From the IMG/VR virus record IMGVR_UViG_3300027833_000016: 64,000 nt of DNA, one strand, 5' to 3'. Below the pieces are notes generated by a model. That model was not told the origin of the DNA, searched no databases, and saw only the letters and a program-made list of their open reading frames with translations. The translations under genes were made by a program, and so were the position numbers. How positions within the stretch are numbered: position 1 is the first letter of the stretch; every line of letters starts with the position of its first letter. Shown piece by piece: positions 38,603 through 48,035 of this stretch. Source of the DNA: a virus.

Positions 38603-41600
38603 ATGTCGAATAATAAGACATTACCGTTAAAGTTAAAAGACAGTGATGGTAATCTCCAACAGATCAGTGCAACGGAGAAGAACTATGTTGCCTACCTTGC
38701 AGGACTACAGAACGCGCAAGCGGATAGTAGTGATGTAGGTCTTCTCACGCTTGCCTCTAGTGGAAACCGAGGAATCGGTTCCACCCTAGACACCTACTAC
38801 CCAGAACCAGTAGGTACGCATCCTTACGACCAAGTTTCGGTAATCAGTAGCACAAAGAACCTGTTCCAGATTAATGGTACGGCAAGCGAAGCAGATAGTG
38901 ACTTCCGTCTACCCATTGCTCATTTCGGGGCGCACGTTTACGAACAACCTGCTTCGAACTTCAATGCCTTTAGTGATGAGATCAATGCTCGTATTGCTCT
39001 ATCGGACTATCCGGGATCTTTAAAGTTATCTCCAACTGCTCCTAGTTCTGACTATAGCATACTAGTACCTTCTGTCCTGTTAGATAAACGTGCCGACTCC
39101 GCAGGTAATGCGATTATCATTAACGATTACTCTATCTGGCGTAGAGATACAATGACTGCACCTAGTGCTATCCTTGATAGTAAAGGTGGCATATCAAGTC
39201 TTGCAGGTATTAAGAGATCCAATGGAGACTCTGGTACATTCCAAGGTATACAGAAATTAACTGACAGGCAGATCCAAGTATCTGTTGGTCAACGCGCAAA
39301 GACTAGACGTGCTATCAGTGGCAACGTTGGTTCATACGAACTTCGTACTGCTTCGCAAGGTGCCCCTGCCACAGGTACTTGGGCATCTAAGGGTACTGCA
39401 ACAAACACTATTCGACTGGTCAATGAAGTTGCGTACACAAGAACTAGTACTCGATCTCGTGGTTCGGCATATGCAAGAACTCGTGTAGGTAACTATACAA
39501 GAAATTCTACTCGTAATGACCCACAGAACTTTGCAGGTAATTATGGAAATACCTATGTAGGTAACTACACCCGAACATTTGCAGGTAACTACACTGGTGA
39601 CTTCACTGGTGACTATACTCGTGACTTTGTAGGTAACTACACTCGTGACTTTGCAGGTAACTATGTTGGTGATTACACTGGTAATTATACTGGCGATTAT
39701 TCTCGTAACTTCACACGCAACCGCGCATCTACGTTTAACCGCACTAGGGCAAGTACTTACGCAGGTAATTATACAGGCAACTATTCCAGAAACTTTGCGC
39801 GTACTCGCGTCTCAAACTATATTCGTGGTCGTGTATCAACCTATCAACGTGGGTTCGCAGGAAACTATACTCGTATAATAGCAGACCAATACGCAGGTAA
39901 CTTCGTTGGTAACTATGCTCGTACTGGTATTGTTTCTAGAATAAGTACCTATACACGAACTCGTATTCAAAATAGAGTATCAAACTACGCTCGTGCTTTC
40001 TTAGGCAACTATGTTGGTGGTTCTGATGGTGGTACTACATATGGTAGCAACACTGCATACGGCAGAACTAGAATCGCTATAAGTACTCGTGACTTCGAAG
40101 GTAACTACGCAAGAAACTTTGAACGTACTCGTGAATCTAACTATGCTCGTAACTTTGCAGGAGAGTATGCAAGAGACTACTTCCGTACATTCGTAGGTAA
40201 CTATGCTCGTGACTTCGCAGGTAACTATATAGGAAACTATGTTGGTGCTGATGGTGGCGGCACTGTTTATGGCACTAACAGAGCATTTGGTCGAACTCGT
40301 ATACAGAACAGAATAAGTACTTACATAGGCAACTATACACAGATTCGTACATCTTCCTATTCAGGTAACTTTACGAGAGGCACTTATTTTATAGGAAACT
40401 ATATTGGAACTGGTTGGCCAACAAGTGAAGTAAATCGATATGTCGGTAACTATAGTGTGGGATATACTCGCATATATGCCGCAAATGCACAAAACTTCCA
40501 AGGTAACTACGCAGGTGATCCATCAAATACTGAGTATGGTGGTTTCTACACTGGTATCGAAAGTACTGCAACATTCACTGGTGACTTTCAGAGAACTAGG
40601 GTGGCACTGGGGGCATTTCATAGGGCATCTAATGTCGGTGATGGAAATTATCTTAGAAATAGTGCCACTGGATACACTAGAACCAAAGCATCTACTATAA
40701 TCTCAGTAAGGGAAAGAGCAAGTACGAATATTTATTATGCCAGAGATGGTTACCCGAAAGGCGGCAATCCGCTATACTATTCTGGTTCAGGTTTCTATAC
40801 AGGTAACTACACAGGCACCGCTAATTTTACTGGCAACTTCCTTAGATTGTTTGTGGGCAACTACGTCCGTACCTTCAATCGAGTATCTAGTCAATCGTTC
40901 AGTAGTGTAACGATTGATACAAGGAACGTAACCTTTACTGGAAACTATCTTGGTAACTATGCTCGTGCCTATGCAGGTACCTATATTGGTAACTATGTAG
41001 GTGCTGATGGTGGTGGCACTGTTTATGGATCTAACACTGCATTTGGTCGAAACAGAAACTCAGGTTACGCAAGAAACTTTGAACGTACTCGTGAATCTAA
41101 CTATGCTCGTAACTTTGAGGGTAATTACTCAAGAGACTTTGCAGGAATACGCAGTAGTTCTTACACAGGAAACTATGTCGGCAACTATGCTCGTACCTTT
41201 GTAGGTGACTATTCTAGAAACTATACGAGAACATTCGTAGGTAATTACACTGGTAACTATCAGAGATTGTTTACTGGTAACTATACAAGAGACTATAACA
41301 GAACTTCTACGCGAACAAGTATCGTTAACAGAACCTCTGCATATAATAGAACTCGTGTATCAAACTATTCTCGTTCTTTCACTGGTGACTACACAAGAAA
41401 CTTTGCAGGTAACTATGCAAGAAACTATTCGGCAGACTATACTAGAATAAGAGCATCATCTTTTTCTAGGACTAGAACTTCTAACTTTACTAGAAACCGT
41501 GGTTCGGCATATGCAGGAGATTACACAAGAACTCGTGTTACTGATTCTGTTGGCGAATATAGTAGAGCATATAGTCGTACCCGAACAAGTAACTACACTA

Positions 41601-41845
41601 GAAACTCTACTAGAGATTCGACCAGAAACCGTGATTCGGCATATGCAAGAACTCGTGGTTCTACTTTTACTAGGTCAAGAACAAGTGCGTATACTGGTGA
41701 CTTCACTGGAGATTACACAAGAAACTTCGAAGGTAACTACTCACGGAACTTTGCAGGTAATTATGTCGGTAACTATGTTGGACAGACTATCGGTAATAGT
41801 ATATTCAACGTGGAGACTTATACCTTATATGTAAGAACTGCATAG
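38603..41845 (+). CDS. R/Y/G/N/T tetrapeptide-repeat protein 1 (putative fibre)
   Basis: About 275-aa N-domain homologous to that of 41899..46773 (LK...GNL, YLAGLQ, NARIALSDYPG, VGSY.LR.A.QG.P..GTW..KGTATNT); xGNY/xRxR repeats; C-terminal ETYTLYVR.A. Confidence 0.85.
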   Translation: MSNNKTLPLKLKDSDGNLQQISATEKNYVAYLAGLQNAQADSSDVGLLTLASSGNRGIGSTLDTYYPEPVGTHPYDQVSVISSTKNLFQINGTASEADSDFRLPIAHFGAHVYEQPASNFNAFSDEINARIALSDYPGSLKLSPTAPSSDYSILVPSVLLDKRADSAGNAIIINDYSIWRRDTMTAPSAILDSKGGISSLAGIKRSNGDSGTFQGIQKLTDRQIQVSVGQRAKTRRAISGNVGSYELRTASQGAPATGTWASKGTATNTIRLVNEVAYTRTSTRSRGSAYARTRVGNYTRNSTRNDPQNFAGNYGNTYVGNYTRTFAGNYTGDFTGDYTRDFVGNYTRDFAGNYVGDYTGNYTGDYSRNFTRNRASTFNRTRASTYAGNYTGNYSRNFARTRVSNYIRGRVSTYQRGFAGNYTRIIADQYAGNFVGNYARTGIVSRISTYTRTRIQNRVSNYARAFLGNYVGGSDGGTTYGSNTAYGRTRIAISTRDFEGNYARNFERTRESNYARNFAGEYARDYFRTFVGNYARDFAGNYIGNYVGADGGGTVYGTNRAFGRTRIQNRISTYIGNYTQIRTSSYSGNFTRGTYFIGNYIGTGWPTSEVNRYVGNYSVGYTRIYAANAQNFQGNYAGDPSNTEYGGFYTGIESTATFTGDFQRTRVALGAFHRASNVGDGNYLRNSATGYTRTKASTIISVRERASTNIYYARDGYPKGGNPLYYSGSGFYTGNYTGTANFTGNFLRLFVGNYVRTFNRVSSQSFSSVTIDTRNVTFTGNYLGNYARAYAGTYIGNYVGADGGGTVYGSNTAFGRNRNSGYARNFERTRESNYARNFEGNYSRDFAGIRSSSYTGNYVGNYARTFVGDYSRNYTRTFVGNYTGNYQRLFTGNYTRDYNRTSTRTSIVNRTSAYNRTRVSNYSRSFTGDYTRNFAGNYARNYSADYTRIRASSFSRTRTSNFTRNRGSAYAGDYTRTRVTDSVGEYSRAYSRTRTSNYTRNSTRDSTRNRDSAYARTRGSTFTRSRTSAYTGDFTGDYTRNFEGNYSRNFAGNYVGNYVGQTIGNSIFNVETYTLYVRTA

Positions 41846-41854
41846 TATAATTCT

Positions 41855-41862
41855 TATAAATA
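41855..41862 (+). promoter_or_regulatory. late promoter TATAAATA
   Basis: Exact consensus upstream of GTG 41899. Confidence 0.78.
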
Positions 41863-41898
41863 AAGATAAGTTAAATTGAACTGATAGAGAATTAATCT

Positions 41899-44800
41899 GT
41901 GGCAAAGTCGAACATACCGCTAAAGGCAGAAGGAACAAATGGTGATCTGAAGGAGTTAACTCCTACGGAAGAGCATTACCTCGCCTATCAAGCAGGACTG
42001 CAATTAGCGGCAGGTACCACAGACGCAGGTACTCTACATAAAACTACTGGTACCACTATCGGTACGTTCGTTGATACTTACTACAATGAGGCAGACGGCA
42101 CACACCCTGCCTCTGCCATAACTTCTGGTAGTACATCTACTCCCCTAAAGCAAATACAAGGTACTGCTAACTACACTGGTGCGAACTATCGCAGACCAGT
42201 AGGGTATCTGAACAGTGGTGCCGAAGGTCTATATGAATTCCCCGACTCTGATATGTCTATTCTTACGACTAGACTTAATGCTCGTATTGCTCTATCAGAT
42301 TATCCCGGAACATATAAACTAGGAACCTCTGCTCCGTCAAGTGACTATAGTGCCTTACTGTCAAACGTATACACCGATACATTAGGTAACGGAACAAGCA
42401 CAGTATACAACATCTACAAACGAAATACAATGTCTGCCCCCTCAACTATCAGACCTATGGGTTTGGTTGGTTCTGATTCGGCAGGGTCGTTTAGTGGTAT
42501 TCGTGAACTAAATGATAACGAGATCAAGCATACGTTTGGTCAACACGCCAAGACAGAACGTGCAGTAGTAGGTAACATTGGTTCTTATCAGTTAAGATCT
42601 GCTACCCAAGGTGTTCCTTCTGCTTCTGGTACATGGGCGGCAAAGGGTACTGCTACTAATACAAAGAGAACAACTTCGGAAGTTGCGTACACAAGAACTC
42701 GCGCATCCGCATATACTCGTACTCGTGGTTCTGCTTATGCAAGAACTCGTACTTCGGCATACACAAGAAATTCTCTTCAGACCTTTACTGGTACTTACGC
42801 AGGTGACTTTGTAGGTAACTACACTCGTGCCTTTGCAGGTAACTATGCAAGAAACTTTGCAGGAAACTACGTTGGAGACTTCATTGGTAACTATCAACGT
42901 ACTCGTGTGTCTCAGTACACAACTAATTTCACAGACGTATTTACTAGAAACTTCGTAGGCAACTATCAGCGTATTCGAGTATCAAATTATACTCGTGACC
43001 GTATTACTGTATTTACTGGTAACTTCATAGGAAACTATGTTCGTACTCGTATCTCTGCATATGCTAGAACAAGTACTCGAACAAGAAATAGTAACTACAT
43101 TAGAACTCGAACCTCTGCATACACGACTGTCTTTGCAGGTAACTATGTTGGAGACTTTGTAGGCAACTACTCACGAACTCGTGTGTCTGGTTACTCTGGT
43201 GCTTACACTAGAATAAGAAACTCTGCCTATATTAGAACTCGTACTTCAACATATACGCGTGATCGTGTTACAAACTTTACTGGTGACTTCATTGGTAACT
43301 ACTCAAGGACTCGTAGTTCTGCATATATCCGTGATAGACTAGTAACCTTTACTGGTGACTATGTTGGTAACTATAGCAGAACATTCGTAGGCAACTATGC
43401 CCGAACGTTTGTTGGTAACTATGCTCGTGCCTTTGCAGGTAACTATGTTGGCAACTATGCGAGGATCTCAACAAGAACTCGCGCATCCAACTACACTGGT
43501 AACTACAGTAGATCATTTGCAGGAAATTACATAGGCAACTATGCTCGTGCCTTTGCAGGGGACTACATAGGCAACTACAGTAGAACTTTCGTAGGTGACT
43601 TCATTGGTAACTTTACTGGCAACTATGCTCGTGGGTTTGCAGGAAATTACATAGGCAACTATGCTCGTGGATTTACTGGTGATTTCATTGGTAACTTCAC
43701 TGGCAACTATGCTCGTGGGTTTGCAGGTGACTATGTTGGTAACTATGCTCGTGGATTCTTAGGCAACTATGGTCGTACCAGATACTCTGCATACATTCGA
43801 AACAGTACTAGAATCTCTACTCGTATTCTTAACTATACCAGAATATCGACTCGTACCTCTACTCGCATTCTAGACTATCAGCGTACATCCACAAGAACTA
43901 GCACACCTACCGAAACGTACACACGAATTGGTTACTATGCAGGTGACTTCATTGGTAACTATACGCGTATCAGTACAAACACTGGTACCTATATTCGTAT
44001 CAGAACTGCGACAGGAACGTACACAAGAGATCGTACTGCTACAGGAACATACATTAGAATTCGTATTCCTACTAGCACAAACACTGGAACGTACACACGA
44101 AACCGTATTGCCGCATACCTTGGTAACTATAATAGACTCCGAATTGCTATCAGTACAAACACTGGTACATATATTAGAACTCGTATTGCCTCATACATTG
44201 GTAACTACGGAAGACTTCGTATTGCAATCAGTACAAACACTGGTACTTATATCCGTATCCGTACTGCCGCGTACCTTGGTAACTATACTCGTACATTATA
44301 CTACGCAGGTAACTTCGCAGGTAACTACACTCGTACTCTATACTATACTGGTAACTATACTCGTACCTTATACTATATCGGTAACTTCACTGGTAACTAT
44401 ACTCGTACATTGTATTACACAGGTAACTATACTCGTACTCTTTATTACATTGGTAACTACACTGGTAACTACACGAGAAACCTTGCATACCTTGGTAACT
44501 ATGCCAGAACTCGCACCGCTACTGGCACATACATTAGAATTCGCACCGCTACTGGCACATACATTAGAATTCGTACTATTATTGGTACATACATTCGTAC
44601 CTCGACCAGATCACGTCTTTCGCAACCGTCATACACAAGAACATCGACTCGTACTTCTACTCGCAGTGTTGCATATACGCGAATAGGGGGTAAAGGTGGT
44701 ACTACCACTTTTTACTACATTGGTACTGGTTACTACGCAGGTAACTTCACTGGTAACTACGCAAGAAACCTATACTACGCAGGTAACTTCACTGGTAACT

Positions 44801-46773
44801 ATGCCAGAACATTGTACTACACTGGTAACTATACCAGAACATTGTACTACACTGGTAACTATGCCAGAACATTGTATTACATTGGTAACTATTCTCGTAA
44901 CCGTATTGCTATTGGCACATACATTAGAATTCGTGTTCCTACTCGCACCGCTACTGGTACTTACATTAGAATCCGTGCCGCTACTGGTACATACATTCGT
45001 ATACGACTAACCAACCGTATTGCTACTGGCACATACATTAGAATTCGTACTGCGACTGGTACATACATTCGTACCTCTACAAGAACTAGTACTCCTACAG
45101 GAACTTATACTAGGAACCGTATTGGTTCGTACACAGGTAACTATACTCGTACATTGTATTATACTGGTAACTATACTGGAGATTACTCTAGAAACCGTAT
45201 TGGTTCATATGCAGGTAACTATCAGCGTACTTTATATTATACTGGTAATTATCTTGGTAACTATACTAGAAACCGTATTGCCGCATACCTTGGTAACTAT
45301 CAGCGTACTCTGTATTATATCGGAAACTATACTGGTAATTACACTAGAACATTGTACTATATCGGAAACTATACCCGAACTCTATATTACACTGGTAACT
45401 ATCAGCGTACCTTATATTATACTGGTGACTACACTAGAAACTCTACTCGTACCTCTACTCGTATCCTTGGGTACACTAGAATCGGTTCATACGCAGGTGA
45501 CTTCGTAGGTAACTATACGCGTATTGGTTTCTATGCAGGTAACTATACTGGTGACTATGTTCGAACAGGATACTATACTGGTGACTTTATAGGTAACTAT
45601 GCTCGTGCGTTTGTTGGTGACTATTCACGGAATCGTATATCTACCTATAATAGAACATCAACACGGAATCGTATCTCGACTTACATTAGAACTCGTGTTA
45701 CTAACTATACTCGTAACCGTATCTCGACTTATACTCGCGACTCAACTCGTAACCGTATCTCTACTTATATTAGAACTCGTGTTACTAACTATACTCGTAA
45801 CCGTATCTCTGCGTATGCAAGAACCAGTACGCGTAGTCGTATCTCTGCATATGCTAGGACTAGTACTCGTGCAAGATCTTCTGCTTATATTAGAATCCGT
45901 GCGTCAACCTTTGCAGGTAACTATACTGGCGAATATTTAAGAACCTCGACTCGTACTCGTAACAGTTCTTATATCCGTAACCGCATATCAACCTACACTA
46001 GAAACCGTGTGTCTGCATATGCTCGTACTCGTATCACAGATTATGTTGCAAACTATGTCGGCAACTACTCACGAACGTTTGTGGGAGAGTACACGCGTAA
46101 CAGTATTCAAGTCTTTGCAGGTAACTTCGTAGGCAACTATGCAAGAAACTTTGTGGGTAACTATTCTCGTTCATTCGAAGGTAACTACACAGGAACATAC
46201 AGTAGGAACTTTGCAGGAGAATACACAAGAACTCGTGTTACTGATTCTGTTGGCGAATACACAGGAAACTTTACTCGTAACTTCGTAGGTGACTATACTC
46301 GTAACTTCGCAGGAGATTACGTTGGAAACTACACTCGTGGGTTTGTCGGAGAATATACTCGTGACAGTATAGCAACCTTTGCAGGTAACTTTGTCGGTAA
46401 CTACTCAAGAGACTTTGCAGGAGAGTATGCAAGAACTCGTGTAAGTAACTACACTGGGGACTTCGTTGGTAACTTCACTAGAAACTTCGTTGGAGAATAT
46501 AGCAGAAACTCAGTAAGAACTTCAACACGAACTCGTGCATCTACTTTCACTCGTAGTCGTATCTCTGCGTATGCAAGAACATCCACAAGAGTTAGTGCTG
46601 ATGATTTCGTAGGAGATTTCACAGGAAACTTTACTCGCGACTTCGCAGGTAACTATTCTAGAGCGTTTACAGGTAATTATAGTAGGAACTTCGCAGGTAA
46701 CTATGTTGGTACTACAGTTAATTCAGGAACAGAAGTAATAGAGACGTATACATTGTATGTAAGAGTCGCATAA
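41899..46773 (+). CDS. R/Y/G/N/T repeat protein 2 (1624 aa), putative giant hairpin fibre
   Basis: Paralog of 38603..41845; residues 265-1602 are built from 4- and 6-residue units. Confidence 0.88.
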   Translation: MAKSNIPLKAEGTNGDLKELTPTEEHYLAYQAGLQLAAGTTDAGTLHKTTGTTIGTFVDTYYNEADGTHPASAITSGSTSTPLKQIQGTANYTGANYRRPVGYLNSGAEGLYEFPDSDMSILTTRLNARIALSDYPGTYKLGTSAPSSDYSALLSNVYTDTLGNGTSTVYNIYKRNTMSAPSTIRPMGLVGSDSAGSFSGIRELNDNEIKHTFGQHAKTERAVVGNIGSYQLRSATQGVPSASGTWAAKGTATNTKRTTSEVAYTRTRASAYTRTRGSAYARTRTSAYTRNSLQTFTGTYAGDFVGNYTRAFAGNYARNFAGNYVGDFIGNYQRTRVSQYTTNFTDVFTRNFVGNYQRIRVSNYTRDRITVFTGNFIGNYVRTRISAYARTSTRTRNSNYIRTRTSAYTTVFAGNYVGDFVGNYSRTRVSGYSGAYTRIRNSAYIRTRTSTYTRDRVTNFTGDFIGNYSRTRSSAYIRDRLVTFTGDYVGNYSRTFVGNYARTFVGNYARAFAGNYVGNYARISTRTRASNYTGNYSRSFAGNYIGNYARAFAGDYIGNYSRTFVGDFIGNFTGNYARGFAGNYIGNYARGFTGDFIGNFTGNYARGFAGDYVGNYARGFLGNYGRTRYSAYIRNSTRISTRILNYTRISTRTSTRILDYQRTSTRTSTPTETYTRIGYYAGDFIGNYTRISTNTGTYIRIRTATGTYTRDRTATGTYIRIRIPTSTNTGTYTRNRIAAYLGNYNRLRIAISTNTGTYIRTRIASYIGNYGRLRIAISTNTGTYIRIRTAAYLGNYTRTLYYAGNFAGNYTRTLYYTGNYTRTLYYIGNFTGNYTRTLYYTGNYTRTLYYIGNYTGNYTRNLAYLGNYARTRTATGTYIRIRTATGTYIRIRTIIGTYIRTSTRSRLSQPSYTRTSTRTSTRSVAYTRIGGKGGTTTFYYIGTGYYAGNFTGNYARNLYYAGNFTGNYARTLYYTGNYTRTLYYTGNYARTLYYIGNYSRNRIAIGTYIRIRVPTRTATGTYIRIRAATGTYIRIRLTNRIATGTYIRIRTATGTYIRTSTRTSTPTGTYTRNRIGSYTGNYTRTLYYTGNYTGDYSRNRIGSYAGNYQRTLYYTGNYLGNYTRNRIAAYLGNYQRTLYYIGNYTGNYTRTLYYIGNYTRTLYYTGNYQRTLYYTGDYTRNSTRTSTRILGYTRIGSYAGDFVGNYTRIGFYAGNYTGDYVRTGYYTGDFIGNYARAFVGDYSRNRISTYNRTSTRNRISTYIRTRVTNYTRNRISTYTRDSTRNRISTYIRTRVTNYTRNRISAYARTSTRSRISAYARTSTRARSSAYIRIRASTFAGNYTGEYLRTSTRTRNSSYIRNRISTYTRNRVSAYARTRITDYVANYVGNYSRTFVGEYTRNSIQVFAGNFVGNYARNFVGNYSRSFEGNYTGTYSRNFAGEYTRTRVTDSVGEYTGNFTRNFVGDYTRNFAGDYVGNYTRGFVGEYTRDSIATFAGNFVGNYSRDFAGEYARTRVSNYTGDFVGNFTRNFVGEYSRNSVRTSTRTRASTFTRSRISAYARTSTRVSADDFVGDFTGNFTRDFAGNYSRAFTGNYSRNFAGNYVGTTVNSGTEVIETYTLYVRVA
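42691..46704 (+). repeat. about 4-kb low-complexity coding repeat block (GGTAACTA[CT] and ACTCGT units, 12/18-nt periodicity)
   Basis: Dozens of GGTAACTA[CT] units and local exact duplications. Confidence 0.9.
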
Positions 46774-46778
46774 AAGAC

Positions 46779-46808
46779 TTGACATACCATGATGATATAT
46801 AGTATAAT
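46779..46808 (+). promoter_or_regulatory. sigma70-type promoter
   Basis: TTGACA-N18-TATAAT between the fibre gene and the three-gene cassette. Confidence 0.7.
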
Positions 46809-46840
46809 GGTAATTGAATTTTAATCGGAGATGAAGTAAG

Positions 46841-47305
46841 ATGAGTTATAAAAGATGGATGGATAATGCATTCTGGGAAGATGATACTAAAGAGAAGTTG
46901 AATTGTATCCTAGAGATAATGGATGACGTGGAACGCGAGACACGACAAGTAATGTTGTTGCAACGCACTAACAAAGACGGAACGCCAAACGAACTGTTCA
47001 ATGAAGTTATTGATGATCTAGGTGTAGAGTCGGTTGATCGAAACACCGAAGACCGTAAGGTACGCAAGGCGGCAGAGAAGGAAGAAGGTCAACAAAGAGA
47101 TGTTGAGTTTGCTCGTGCGCGGAAGTTGGAAGAACTGTTCAACTACAAGTTGGAGATCTTTGAGACCGAAGAGATTAAGAACTCTAAGAATCGTAAACTC
47201 AAAGGTAAGTTGAGACGCGCCAAGTCTAAGATTGAAGTAAACTTATATGCAATGATGTTGTTGCAAGAGGTTCTTGAACCAACGGAAGTAGTTGCTGATG
47301 AGTGA
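46841..47305 (+). CDS. hypothetical protein (charged, helical C-terminal half)
   Basis: GGAG RBS; KLEELFNYKLEIFE.EEIKNSKNRKLK.KLRRAK. Confidence 0.8.
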   Translation: MSYKRWMDNAFWEDDTKEKLNCILEIMDDVERETRQVMLLQRTNKDGTPNELFNEVIDDLGVESVDRNTEDRKVRKAAEKEEGQQRDVEFARARKLEELFNYKLEIFETEEIKNSKNRKLKGKLRRAKSKIEVNLYAMMLLQEVLEPTEVVADE

Positions 47306-48035
47306 TAAGACTGAAGGATATGTACTGGTTGCATCCAATAAGATTAACTTCTATAGGTATGCAATCAATCTAGCAGAGTCTATCTTAGACTTCTATCCTG
47401 ATGCCAAGATTACTTTGTTCTGCGAAGAATGGATGTTCGAAGAACTTCATCGTGATCTCTTTGATAATGTTGAATGGTGTACTGGACACTACCGTGCCAA
47501 GTTAGAAGGTATGGCAAGATCTCCTTATGACCTAACCATGTACCTTGATGTTGATATGGAAGTAGAACACGAAGACATTAGTACTTGTTTCCAAATCTTG
47601 AGAGATAGCGAACACGATATGTTGTTCTCTGCATTGACCGATGATAGATCATATGTCTATGCTGAACGAGACTTTGACACCCCCGAAGGTAAGGCAAAGT
47701 TTACTCTATGTGGTGGTATATGTTTGTATGATATGACAGTACCTATCATCAAAGAGTTTGTTGCAGAATGGGAAGACTTGACCAAGAGACAAATGGATAA
47801 GGAATGGTGGCCAGAAGGTTACATCGATTCCCTGAAGTCTTGGGATCAGTTCTCTCTATGGTGGTTGACAGAGAAGGAAGATAAGTACAAAGATTTAAAC
47901 TATGGCATCATCTATGATGATCTGCGATGGAACTATTACAACGCTTTTAATTGGCATAAGACCAAACCAGAGTCAGGGCCAGTTATTGTACGGCACTACT
48001 CGTGCGGATTAGATAAGGACGGACACATATTATGA
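47298..48035 (+). CDS. GT-A fold glycosyltransferase (GT8-like)
   Basis: AINLAESI, K.....SPYDLTMYLDVD (DxD), WDQFSLW and RWNY motifs. Confidence 0.75.
   Translation: MSDKTEGYVLVASNKINFYRYAINLAESILDFYPDAKITLFCEEWMFEELHRDLFDNVEWCTGHYRAKLEGMARSPYDLTMYLDVDMEVEHEDISTCFQILRDSEHDMLFSALTDDRSYVYAERDFDTPEGKAKFTLCGGICLYDMTVPIIKEFVAEWEDLTKRQMDKEWWPEGYIDSLKSWDQFSLWWLTEKEDKYKDLNYGIIYDDLRWNYYNAFNWHKTKPESGPVIVRHYSCGLDKDGHIL

Noticed and set aside
43928-45940. Long alternative-frame ORFs (LVT-rich, e.g. 43928..44686 and 45020..45508)
   Set aside because: Shadow frames of the GGTAACTA repeat, with no RBS or independent signal.
42691-46704. CRISPR array or DNA-level inverted repeat/hairpin in the repeat block
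   Set aside because: The units are in-frame 12/18-nt coding repeats with synonymous variation and no repeat-spacer pattern. The arms are not reverse complements, so the symmetry is at protein level only.
38603-46773. Diversity-generating retroelement (TR/VR pair) acting on the fibre genes
   Set aside because: No reverse transcriptase in the window, and the differences between repeats are not adenine-specific.
38603-46773. Ice-nucleation protein or collagen-like fibre
   Set aside because: No AGYGSTxTA 8/16/48 periodicity and no Gly-X-Y triplets.
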